Part shown: in pieces, positions 42,035 through 51,544 of the stretch
How the letters are laid out: every line of letters begins with the position of its first letter
How positions within the stretch are numbered: the first letter of the stretch is position 1
From: a virus
Taxonomy: Duplodnaviria > Caudoviricetes
Length of the DNA: 64,000 nt
Virus record (IMG/VR): IMGVR_UViG_3300050336_000030
Direction: 5' to 3' (one strand)
Program-made: the position numbers and the translations under genes
Notes under the pieces: model-generated
Database searches by the model: none
What the model was told of the DNA's origin: nothing
What the model saw: only the letters and a program-made list of their open reading frames with translations

Positions 42035-42598
42035 GTGAAGATAATATTTTTAGATATTGATGGTGTTCTAAATGGATACAATAAATGGACATATCGAATA
42101 ATTAATATTTCTAAGGTATTACATATTCCAACAAAAATAATAAGAAATACCTTAAGGATATTCGAAGTAAAAGAAAAGTACGTTAAGAGACTAAGCAAAA
42201 TTGTTAAAAATACTGGAGCAAAAATAGTAATGTCAAGTTCTTGGAGACATGGATATTGGAACACTCCATATGAAGAAAAGTATAGAGATCAAAAAAGACT
42301 ACATGATTTACTAGATAAATATAGTTTGGAAGTGATAGATATTACCCCTAGCAGTAAAAATGGAAAACGAGAAGACGAAATAAATCAATGGCTCCGTGAG
42401 ACGAAATTTGCAATAGACAGCTTTGTAATACTAGATGATGAGTCTTATGATTTACAATCGTTTATTGGAAAAGAGTTAGTTAAAACAAGTAAGGTAATAG
42501 ACGGTGATATGATTAAAGGACTCCCATATGAAGATACTGGATTAAAAAGAAGTCATGTTAAACAAGCAATAAAAATACTAAATCGTAGGGAGAATTAA
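42035..42598 (+). CDS. HAD phosphatase (RNA-repair Swiss-Army-knife type)
   Basis: FLDIDGVLN, IV.SSSWR, R..EI..WL, VILDD. Confidence 0.8.
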   Translation: MKIIFLDIDGVLNGYNKWTYRIINISKVLHIPTKIIRNTLRIFEVKEKYVKRLSKIVKNTGAKIVMSSSWRHGYWNTPYEEKYRDQKRLHDLLDKYSLEVIDITPSSKNGKREDEINQWLRETKFAIDSFVILDDESYDLQSFIGKELVKTSKVIDGDMIKGLPYEDTGLKRSHVKQAIKILNRREN

Positions 42599-42818
42599 TT
42601 GATATGATAGCTAAAGCAACATTAAAACGGGCTTTACCTGAGATAGAAGAAGAATATGCAACAGCAAGAGATTTGTTTGATGAAGCATGGCATAGAAAAT
42701 ATAATGGAGTCCAAACTGATTTTGATGATAAATATTGTCATTTGGCTGTGAAATTAATTCAAACATTAGGATATCTTATTGATGCTGCGGATGAAGATTT
42801 ATAGGAAAGGAGTAGCTA

Positions 42819-43097
42819 ATGTTTAGAGCTAGAAAGTTAAAATTTCATCACGGAAGAATGAATAAAGACGGAATACATATAGAAATGCTAAAAGATATAT
42901 CTATGTTTACGGAGTACATGATGGCATTATGCACAGAATCTAATAAAACAGTTAAAACGCAATTTATTAATGTTAAAGTAGATGCATACGACAATTGGAT
43001 TATTAAAATAAAGACTAAAAATAAAGATTATTTCAATATAATTATTCAACGGTTTATTAAACATTTTGGAGAAGTAATTACTGAAATTGAGTTCTGA
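42819..43097 (+). CDS. hypothetical protein
   Basis: ORF with RBS. Confidence 0.6.
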   Translation: MFRARKLKFHHGRMNKDGIHIEMLKDISMFTEYMMALCTESNKTVKTQFINVKVDAYDNWIIKIKTKNKDYFNIIIQRFIKHFGEVITEIEF

Positions 43098-43620
43098 ATA
43101 AATTTAAGGTATCTATCAAAACTTTAGAAAGGAAAAATTAATAATGAAAGACGAAAAACAGCGTATGTACGCATATTATGAAAATATGATGAAAAATAAA
43201 TGTTATACAAGAGGTATAGATGATAGCAAGACTAAAAGCAAAGTATTAGCTACCAAAAGAGAAAATTATTTTAATCCAGATGATTGTTATTTTGCTTATG
43301 TCAGTGAATTACCATTTGGAACTTGCTATGTTGATTCAGAATAATTTGATCAAAGATACAATTTATTAAGAAAGGAGAATCAGATGAACGAAGATAGATT
43401 GATTGGTTCATTCGTTATTAATAACAATTCATATTTTGAGTATCCAGACGGGACTAAAATTTATTTAAACGAAATTATTATTGATGCTTATAAGAGTAAA
43501 TTAAAAGACTATTGTAATAATTGCAGTTATATGATGAATGATTGTGATATTAATGGAAAGTGTAAAAAATTCAGCCCACTATATAAATGATGTATTTGAA
43601 ATAGAATTGAAAGGAGTAAT

Positions 43621-44832
43621 ATGAAAGCAATTAGAACAGAAATACATATACTTAATCGGGGTCACCCTATGTGGAAATCCTGTGATGAATTATGTTTTCA
43701 ATCAAAAAATATGTATAACCTGTGTAATTACACGATAAGACAAGAGTTTATATCTAGTGGTAAAGTGATGAAATATGGTGACCTGAATAAGATTCTTAAA
43801 AAAACAGATACGTTTAAAGAACTTGGATCAAATTCCGCACAAATGGTTACTCAAATATTATGTAAATCGTGGAAATCATTTCTTGTAGCGGTTAAAGATT
43901 ACGCAAAAAATCCTGATAAATATTTAGGAAAACCAAGAATACCAGGATATAAAAAGAAAGATGGTAGATTTATTTGTACACTAACAAATTGTCAAACAAG
44001 AATAATTGATGGCTATTTACATTTTGGATTTAAACGATTGCATCCATATAATAAAATGTTTAAAACAAAAGTTGATGGATATCATTTATCAACTAGAATA
44101 GTTCCAAGTGGCGGTTGTTACGTACTAGAAATAGTTTATGAAAAAGAAATAGAACAACTAGACTTAAACAAAAATAATATTGCATCGATAGATTTAGGAG
44201 TAAATAACTTTGTAACAATGGTAAATAACATAGGCATAAAACCTATTGTTATTAATGGCAGAGGTATTAAATCTTATAATCAATACTGGAATAAACAAAT
44301 TGCAAAATATCGAAGCGTTCTAAAGAAAACAAATAAACTCGATTGGAGCAAACGACTTCAAAGGATGACGGATAAACGTAATTTCAAGATGGATTACTTC
44401 ACGCATTGTGCTTCTAAGTATTTAGTTTGGTATTGTATTAACAATGATATTGGAACGATTGTTGTTGGTAAGAATAATAGATGGAAACAAGAAAGTAAAA
44501 TGTCTACTACAAACAATCAGAAGTTCATTCAAATACCATATGATTTGTTTATTAAAAAGTTGAAATACAAGTGTGAAGAAATAGGTATAAACATCATTGA
44601 AAATGAAGAAGGATATACTTCTGGAACATCTTTCTTAGACAATGAAGAACCTATTAAATCAAATTACAATAAGTCAAGAAGAATACATAGAGGATTATTT
44701 GAGAGCAACAATGGTATTAAAATAAACGCAGATTGTAATGGTGCATATCAAATAATGCGGAAAGTATTCTCAAATGTAAACGCAAATGAGATAGTGGATG
44801 TACATTTACATCCGGTAATTATAAATCTTTAA
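43621..44832 (+). CDS. tnpB: TnpB RNA-guided endonuclease (IS200/IS605-IS607 superfamily), no adjacent TnpA
   Basis: SKNMYN; RuvC residues D (IDLGVNN), E (EEGYTS) and D (NADCNGA) all intact. Confidence 0.9.
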   Translation: MKAIRTEIHILNRGHPMWKSCDELCFQSKNMYNLCNYTIRQEFISSGKVMKYGDLNKILKKTDTFKELGSNSAQMVTQILCKSWKSFLVAVKDYAKNPDKYLGKPRIPGYKKKDGRFICTLTNCQTRIIDGYLHFGFKRLHPYNKMFKTKVDGYHLSTRIVPSGGCYVLEIVYEKEIEQLDLNKNNIASIDLGVNNFVTMVNNIGIKPIVINGRGIKSYNQYWNKQIAKYRSVLKKTNKLDWSKRLQRMTDKRNFKMDYFTHCASKYLVWYCINNDIGTIVVGKNNRWKQESKMSTTNNQKFIQIPYDLFIKKLKYKCEEIGINIIENEEGYTSGTSFLDNEEPIKSNYNKSRRIHRGLFESNNGIKINADCNGAYQIMRKVFSNVNANEIVDVHLHPVIINL

Positions 44833-44895
44833 TTACAAAGTTTAAAAAACAACATAAATGAGTCGTTTTATCTTGATTTAAGAAAGGAGCAAAGA

Positions 44896-45111
44896 ATGAG
44901 ATTAATAGATGCAGATAGATTAAAAGAAGTGTTTGATAGGAATGTTGTAAGCGCAGGTGTTTGGAATGAAATTATTGATAATCAGCCTACTGCCTATGAT
45001 GTGGGAAAAGTAGTAGGAAAATTAAAAGAGTCTGATTTTTATATAGACCAAGAGCAATGCATAACCGTTGAGGATGCAATAAATATTGTGAAAGGTGGGT
45101 TAGAGGTATGA
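44896..45111 (+). CDS. phage hypothetical protein (MRLIDAD family)
   Basis: MRLIDAD...IDNQPTAYDV. Confidence 0.7.
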   Translation: MRLIDADRLKEVFDRNVVSAGVWNEIIDNQPTAYDVGKVVGKLKESDFYIDQEQCITVEDAINIVKGGLEV

Positions 45112-45569
45112 ATGAGATAAATTTATTGCGTTCTCTCTATAAAATGAGTTGCAATATGGTAGATGGAAGATTGAAAGGTGGATTTATTAATCACGATGAC
45201 CCAGTGAATAAAGCTATTGATACTGCCATATCCGCCCTAGAAGCACAGCAAGCCGATAGGTGGATTTCCGTATCAAGTGGTAGACTTCCTAAGAATGAAG
45301 AAAGAGTTATGATATGTGCTAACAGAAAGACATATAAAGGAGATATAATAAAAATAAGGACAATTGCAATGTATGAAGATGGTACGTTACATACTGACAA
45401 TAGCGGTTATAATTGGAATGAATGTGAATTTGAGTACTGTGATGATACTGAAGATTACATTATTCCAGAAGGATGGTGGGAACAAAGTATGTATTGTGAA
45501 CAATTTGCCGCAGTAGATGATTTTGTTACACATTGGAAACCACTTGACAAACCATGTAAGGAGGAATAA
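45108..45569 (+). CDS. DUF551-like protein
   Basis: WISV..RLP...VTHW.PL..P. Confidence 0.7.
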   Translation: MNEINLLRSLYKMSCNMVDGRLKGGFINHDDPVNKAIDTAISALEAQQADRWISVSSGRLPKNEERVMICANRKTYKGDIIKIRTIAMYEDGTLHTDNSGYNWNECEFEYCDDTEDYIIPEGWWEQSMYCEQFAAVDDFVTHWKPLDKPCKEE

Positions 45570-45841
45570 TGAACTGCGAATATTGTAAAGATAAATGTAA
45601 CACTTGTATACATAAAGATGAACAAGTGGATATTTCAGATGAATGGGAAGATGAAGATCCGATTCTAATAGATGGTTGTGATCATGATTATAAAGACTGC
45701 GAAAGATATAAACCAGATGGATATTATTGCAAGATGTGTGGTTATCCAATTAAAGAAATTATAAACAGGCAACCATTACCGACTCCGCCATCCCCTTTAA
45801 AGATGTATGAAACATTAATAGGGAACACATTAAAACATTGA
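45569..45841 (+). CDS. Cys-rich hypothetical protein
   Basis: ORF with GAGG RBS. Confidence 0.6.
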   Translation: MNCEYCKDKCNTCIHKDEQVDISDEWEDEDPILIDGCDHDYKDCERYKPDGYYCKMCGYPIKEIINRQPLPTPPSPLKMYETLIGNTLKH

Positions 45842-45853
45842 TTTGGAGGTGAT

Positions 45854-46042
45854 CTTACGGAAGATTTATTAAATAATTGCCCTAAATGTAATGGAGAAGC
45901 CGAAATAATAGGACATTATATAAAAGGAGTAGCTAATAGGTATCACTATTTTGTTAAGTGTAAATCATGTAAGTTCAGAAAAAGTAATGAATATAAGAAA
46001 AGAGAAAAAGCAATATTCGCATGGAATAACCAGAGCAAATAA
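45854..46042 (+). CDS. Lar-like restriction alleviation protein with non-canonical start (absent from ORF track)
   Basis: CPKC...V.C..C...AI.AWN; GGAGGT RBS followed by CTT/ACG. Confidence 0.55.
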   Translation, partial: LTEDLLNNCPKCNGEAEIIGHYIKGVANRYHYFVKCKSCKFRKSNEYKKREKAIFAWNNQSK

Positions 46043-46175
46043 GATTTTGATTAACAAGAAATACATAAATAATATTATATTATAATAGTTAATAATTTAG
46101 AACCAAAATATTGAATTGACATATAATAATCAAGTAATAGTAATATGTAACATAAATATAAGTCGGAGGATTATT

Positions 46176-46748
46176 ATGAACGAAAAATTTAATTATAATT
46201 TTTGTAAATATTCTTATGGTAAAAAAGAATTTGATTTTGATAGGTGTTATAAATGTGAAAAAACATGTCCTAGTGTAAGCAATTTACTTTGGACGATTCC
46301 AATAATAAATCAAATTAATAGTTTATATCACAAGATTTCTTGGAATTTTGAAGCAAAGAAATATGAAAAAGATAGTATAAATGAATACGAAACAAAATCA
46401 ACGAAACATATATGGGGAATTAAATCCTGGGACGATTTAACGGGTAGCGATTGTAATTTATACACAATGAATGATATAGATTTAATTTATTGTAAAGACA
46501 CAGACGATTACGTAATTAGTATTGAAACAATTTATGATTTTAGATCAGAAAATGGAGATAAAAAGTATCTACAAGAAATATTAGGAGCTTTCACACAATG
46601 GATGAATAATAATGGATATCAAACCAATCATAATCTTTTATTACATGAGATATTTACAAAAGGATATAATATTAATACTCATTTTAAAACAATAGAAGAA
46701 TGTTATGCTAATTTTAAATTATTAGTAAATGGATATTGTAATGCATAG
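46176..46748 (+). CDS. hypothetical protein
   Basis: GGAGG RBS; flanked by operators. Confidence 0.7.
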   Translation: MNEKFNYNFCKYSYGKKEFDFDRCYKCEKTCPSVSNLLWTIPIINQINSLYHKISWNFEAKKYEKDSINEYETKSTKHIWGIKSWDDLTGSDCNLYTMNDIDLIYCKDTDDYVISIETIYDFRSENGDKKYLQEILGAFTQWMNNNGYQTNHNLLLHEIFTKGYNINTHFKTIEECYANFKLLVNGYCNA

Positions 46749-46774
46749 AGATAGCGATATGAAACGATAAGGAT

Positions 46775-47530
46775 GTGATGATTATAAAATTTATGGGTTC
46801 TAAAAGCAGAATTGCAAAGTACATCGTTCCAATTATTCAACAATACATAGATGAAAACAATATAGAGTACTATTATGATTCGATGTGCGGCGGATGTAAT
46901 GTAATTGATAAAATTAAATGTAAACACAAGTATGCTTCGGATATCCAGGAATATTTAATTGAATTATATAAGAATCTCGACAAAATAGATGAGTTACCTG
47001 AGATGGTTACGAGAGAACATTATTCTGATGTACGAGATTGCTATAATAAAGGATTAGATAAATACCCAAAGTGGTATGTTGGAATGGTTGGATTTTTAGC
47101 AAGTTATAATGGACGTTTCATGTCAGGAGGATATTCAGGCATAGTTACCACTAAAACTGGAAAAGTAAGAAATTATTATGATGAAGCAAAAAGAAATCTT
47201 GAAACACAAATACCAAATTTACAAGATATAGAATTTTCATGTATGGATTACAGGAATTTAAAACCCAAAGCGCGATCAGTTATTTATTTAGACCCGCAAT
47301 ATAAAGACACAAAACAATATGAAATGAGTAAAAACTTTAATCACAAAGAACTGTGGCAATGGGTTAGAAATATGAGTAAAGAACATACAGTAATAGTAAG
47401 CGAATGTCAAGCACCAGAAGATATGACTTGTATATGGCAGCAAGAAGTATTAAGGACAGTAGATAATACCAAAAGAGTTAAAAGTACAGAGAAGTTATTC
47501 ATATATGATAGTAATATGAAACGAAAATAA
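46775..47530 (+). CDS. Dam/D12-class N6-adenine methyltransferase
   Basis: KFMGSK, MCGG, IYLDPQY (variant of DPPY), VSE. Confidence 0.8.
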   Translation: MMIIKFMGSKSRIAKYIVPIIQQYIDENNIEYYYDSMCGGCNVIDKIKCKHKYASDIQEYLIELYKNLDKIDELPEMVTREHYSDVRDCYNKGLDKYPKWYVGMVGFLASYNGRFMSGGYSGIVTTKTGKVRNYYDEAKRNLETQIPNLQDIEFSCMDYRNLKPKARSVIYLDPQYKDTKQYEMSKNFNHKELWQWVRNMSKEHTVIVSECQAPEDMTCIWQQEVLRTVDNTKRVKSTEKLFIYDSNMKRK

Positions 47531-47547
47531 AAACTAAGGAGCCAACG

Positions 47548-48252
47548 ATGAGAAGAAAAAGTTTACTAAGTGGCAGCATTATTGTTATTGCCACGACAAC
47601 ACTTCTAATCTCTGAGTGGAGGGCACAATCACAACCGTCTTCCGTTCAATATGAGAGCAGAAGACTAATATCAATACAGAAAGAGGTTTATTATACCAAT
47701 CCGGTGATTAGTAAACCGGAGCAAACGTCAGAAGACGATGATTATAAATCTATTACTGTAACACCCACCCCTATAATAGTCGGAGAACGTGAGCTTGTTG
47801 GAATTGGTAGCACATTAGTATCCGACTTAAAGATAGAAAAGAAAGTTGAAAAACCTGTAATAAAAAACAGATGGAACATAGAGTTAACGGATGATGAAAT
47901 AGATTTACTTGCAAGAATAGTATGGATAGAAAGTCGTGGAGAAAGCGACGAAGGAGAATGTGGAGTAATTGAAGTTATATTAAATAGAATGATACATTGG
48001 GATTTTAAAGGTAGCTTATATGATGTGCTAAGTAAAGATGGAGAATTTTGTTCATGGAGTTTAAGAGACAAAGCAGAACCGACAGAGAAAGAATACAAAA
48101 ATATCAAAAAAGTACTCAATGGAAAAACAGATATTTTAGGGTCTAATAAAGTTTATTTTTCTACCAGTCCAAGAAATGATATAAATCCAAAACAAATAGG
48201 AAATCATTGGTTTTGTGACTACGAATATACAAACAAAGAAGATAAGAGGTGA
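47548..48252 (+). CDS. SleB/Hydrolase_2 cell wall hydrolase with N-terminal signal/TM segment
   Basis: LLARIV..ESRGE...VILNR...F; IGNHWF. Confidence 0.8.
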   Translation: MRRKSLLSGSIIVIATTTLLISEWRAQSQPSSVQYESRRLISIQKEVYYTNPVISKPEQTSEDDDYKSITVTPTPIIVGERELVGIGSTLVSDLKIEKKVEKPVIKNRWNIELTDDEIDLLARIVWIESRGESDEGECGVIEVILNRMIHWDFKGSLYDVLSKDGEFCSWSLRDKAEPTEKEYKNIKKVLNGKTDILGSNKVYFSTSPRNDINPKQIGNHWFCDYEYTNKEDKR

Positions 48253-48671
48253 TACATATTAGAGATTTTTATGATACAGATAATGAGGAAAAATATTTAT
48301 ATGAAGAAAGACATTCATTAATTGAAGTAAATAGATGCAAGCACTGTGGCTGTCCGTTGATAAAAATGAATGAGTGTGGTGAAGCCTGGGGTAGCGATTA
48401 CATAGAAGAACTTTGGATTTGTCCGGTCTGTGATTAAAGGAGGTATTACATATGGGAGTATTGGTTATTTTAAGTGCCATTGCTTTAGTTGTTATAGTAT
48501 GTGCTATAGCTGCAAGCATTGGAGATGATGAACTAGAAAGAGTTAATCAAATCAATAAAGCTACATTGGAAGATTGTTTATTCAATAATATATTAGGATA
48601 TAGTGCAGTTATTGAAAATGGTAAAGTAGTGGATTTTATTAACGAAAGAGATGAATTTATCAAATAACTAT

Positions 48672-48718
48672 ACACAATATATAGTGGTTAAAGAAATAAT
48701 AAACACAATATATAGATA
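48672..48718. promoter_or_regulatory. tandem NrdR-like boxes (pair 3)
   Basis: ACACAATATATAGTGG and ACACAATATATAGATA, 31 bp apart. Confidence 0.65.
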
Positions 48719-49010
48719 TAAAATATGCATGAAACTAACGTTTTATCAAGATAAGAAAGGATATTATTAATATGAACAATAATTATTGGTGTACACATAA
48801 AGAATTACAGTCAATAGATGATATAAATAGATGCACATTAGGAAATAATGGGTTTTACGATGTAACATCTTATTATAGATGCATGTGTTGTGGAAGAAAA
48901 ATTAAAAAGCACGAACATCAAGAAGGTGATGAAAATGGAATTACAAAATCAATAATAACAATTGAAGTAATAAGTTAACCAATGGAGTATTTGGTTTAGA
49001 AAGGAGAAAA

Positions 49011-49547
49011 ATGAATAATACAATAGTAGTGAATTTAATAGCAGCACCCTCATCCGGTAAATCAACACTTATGGCTGACATATTTGCAAAATTAAAGTGG
49101 GAGAATATTGATTGCGAAATGGTTTCTGAATTTGCAAAAGAATTAGTTTGGGAAGAACGCCAGGAAACATTTAAAGATGAACTTTACATATTTGCAAAAC
49201 AGAATCACAGATTATTTAGGGTTAATGGAAAAGTAGATGTAATCATTACTGATAGACCTTTAATACTTACTATCTTTTATAATAATAAATATGGAAAATG
49301 TTCTAGAGCGCTGGATGATTTAGTTTATAGCGAATTTATGCAATATAATAATTTAAACTATTTTATAAAACGTAAGAAACCATATAACCCTAATGGAAGA
49401 AATCAAACAGAAAAAGAATCGGATGAAATTGCCAATGAATTAATAAATATACTTTATGATTATTCAATATATTTTAAAGTAGTAGATGGAGTACACGAAA
49501 CAGCAGATTTGATTATAGAAGATATAAAAAAATATATAAATAAATAG
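49011..49547 (+). CDS. P-loop nucleotide kinase-like protein (NadR/AAA_28-like)
   Basis: APSSGKST; E.AK; TDRP; GR.Q. Confidence 0.75.
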   Translation: MNNTIVVNLIAAPSSGKSTLMADIFAKLKWENIDCEMVSEFAKELVWEERQETFKDELYIFAKQNHRLFRVNGKVDVIITDRPLILTIFYNNKYGKCSRALDDLVYSEFMQYNNLNYFIKRKKPYNPNGRNQTEKESDEIANELINILYDYSIYFKVVDGVHETADLIIEDIKKYINK

Positions 49548-49572
49548 CAATATGAAACATAAGGAGAATTGA

Positions 49573-50220
49573 ATGAAAGTAATAGAATCAAATGTAGAAA
49601 TATTAACTCCTATCAATGGAGAAGAAATATTAAAGTTAATTGAAATAATAGCAAGAACTTGTTATAAAAGCGAAGATAAAATAACTAATGACTCAGCTAA
49701 GAAAATGATAGCAATGCTAATTAGAAATGGTCACGAGGCTATGCTAGAGCATTTTAATATTACGGTCAAATTCATCGTGGATAGGGGAATTTCACATGAA
49801 ATAGTTAGACATAGAATGGCAAGCTATGCTCAAGAAAGTACAAGATATTGTTCTTATGATAAAGATAAGTTTGGAAATGAAATTACAGTGATTAAGCCTA
49901 TTGAGATTGAAAAATATAGTATACATGATATTTACACAAAAGAATATATTGAATGGCATAATTCTTGTAAAGCCGCTGAAGATTCATATTTCTATTTACT
50001 CAATCACGGGGTTAAACCACAATCAGCACGTTCAGTATTACCTACATGTTTAAAAACTGAAATTGTTATGACCGCGAATTTAAGAGAACTAAGACATTTT
50101 CTTAAATTAAGGACAGATAAGGCGGCTCATCCAGATATACAACATGTATCAAAAATGTTATTGAATAAATTAAGAAAATTAATTCCAGTAGTTTTTGATG
50201 ATATTACAACGGAGGAATAA
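49573..50220 (+). CDS. thyX: FAD-dependent thymidylate synthase
   Basis: H.AMLEH; RHRMASYAQESTRY; ARSVLP; LR. Confidence 0.92.
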   Translation: MKVIESNVEILTPINGEEILKLIEIIARTCYKSEDKITNDSAKKMIAMLIRNGHEAMLEHFNITVKFIVDRGISHEIVRHRMASYAQESTRYCSYDKDKFGNEITVIKPIEIEKYSIHDIYTKEYIEWHNSCKAAEDSYFYLLNHGVKPQSARSVLPTCLKTEIVMTANLRELRHFLKLRTDKAAHPDIQHVSKMLLNKLRKLIPVVFDDITTEE

Positions 50221-50222
50221 CT

Positions 50223-50753
50223 ATGAAGATAGTATTGATATCAGGGAAAGCTCAAAACGGGAAAGATCAATCCGCTATATTTTTAAAGGAATTGATGGAA
50301 TTAGATGGGAAAAAAGTATTGTTAACACATTATGCAGATTTACTAAAATACATATGCAAGACATTTTTTAACTGGAATGGTGAAAAGGATGTTTTAGGAA
50401 GACAAATTCTTCAAAGAGTTGGGACAGATGTCATAAGAAATCAAAATCCTGATTACTGGGTAAACTTTATAAATGATTTCTTGTTTATGTTTCAAGACGA
50501 ATGGGATTATGTTTTAATACCTGATTGTCGGTTTCCTAATGAAATTAATAAAATGTTGGAATATGGATGGGATGTTTTTTCACTTAGAATCAATCGTATA
50601 GATTTTGAAAGTAATTTAACTGAAGAACAAAAAGAACATATATCGGAAACAGCATTAGACAATTATCAATTTGATTACATAATAAATACTATTAGCGATT
50701 TGGATTATCTTAGAAGCTATTTGACAACGATGTATAAGGAGGAATTAAACTAA
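50223..50753 (+). CDS. deoxynucleoside monophosphate kinase-like protein
   Basis: SGKAQNGKD; R..LQ..GT; DCRF.NE; H.SE. Confidence 0.8.
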   Translation: MKIVLISGKAQNGKDQSAIFLKELMELDGKKVLLTHYADLLKYICKTFFNWNGEKDVLGRQILQRVGTDVIRNQNPDYWVNFINDFLFMFQDEWDYVLIPDCRFPNEINKMLEYGWDVFSLRINRIDFESNLTEEQKEHISETALDNYQFDYIINTISDLDYLRSYLTTMYKEELN

Positions 50754-50907
50754 ATGTCAACACAAGATGAAATTCTAAAATCTTTTGAGAAACAATGTAA
50801 TATGATGAGAGATCAACTTATACATGGTTGCTATGAAAATGCTGTGAAATCAGCAGAAATTATGGCTACATGGTTAAAAGTTAAAGTAAACGAACTCGGA
50901 GAAAGGG

Positions 50908-51498
50908 ATGGTGATTTACATTAAAGATAAAATTAGTTTATTTGTTGATTTCGATGGTACCCTTGTTAATAGTATAAAAAAAGTAGTAGAACTCTACGAC
51001 CAAGATTATTCATCGCATGACAATTATAAAAATGTTCATTGGACTTCTATTGATTCATGGGATTTCAAAGAATTAAAATTGTTAAATAAAGAAGATGTTG
51101 ATAACTACTTTTGTGATATTCGTTTCTTTCAAAATCTTGAATATATGGATTCCGCATATGAAGTAATTAATCGATTAAAAGATTGTTTTGATATATACAT
51201 AGTAAGCATGGGGCTGACAGTTAATCTCGCATTAAAAAATACCTGGCTAAAAAAGAATTTACCCTTTGTCAAATTTATTGGGTGTAATTTTAACGACGTA
51301 AAAGATAAGTCTCATATTGATATGATTAACGGAATTTTGATAGATGATGTTGCAGAAAATTTAGATTCGAGTAATTGTTTTGAGAAGATTGTCTTCGGGG
51401 ATACTTATCCGTGGAATGCTGACAGCAAATATACGAGAATGTACAATTGGACAGATTTAGAAAAGTATTTGATGAAGAAATATAAGTATAATGAATAG
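50908..51498 (+). CDS. 5'(3')-deoxyribonucleotidase (NT5C, HAD)
   Basis: DFDGTL; K..WL; LIDD; WN. Confidence 0.8.
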   Translation: MVIYIKDKISLFVDFDGTLVNSIKKVVELYDQDYSSHDNYKNVHWTSIDSWDFKELKLLNKEDVDNYFCDIRFFQNLEYMDSAYEVINRLKDCFDIYIVSMGLTVNLALKNTWLKKNLPFVKFIGCNFNDVKDKSHIDMINGILIDDVAENLDSSNCFEKIVFGDTYPWNADSKYTRMYNWTDLEKYLMKKYKYNE

Positions 51499-51544
51499 CA
51501 AATAATCATAATTATGAGTAAGTAACTCAAAGGAGGAGTTTTTA

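Larger units (their letters stand above)
41997..48995 (+). repeat. cassette block 3: 8 dyad sites
   Basis: Site starts: 41997, 43098 (N9), 43349, 43583, 44854, 46034, 48729, 48978. Confidence 0.7.

Noticed and set aside
770-49558. Operator or dyad repeats as a CRISPR array
   Set aside because: Dispersed, degenerate and separated by whole genes; no regular spacers and no cas genes
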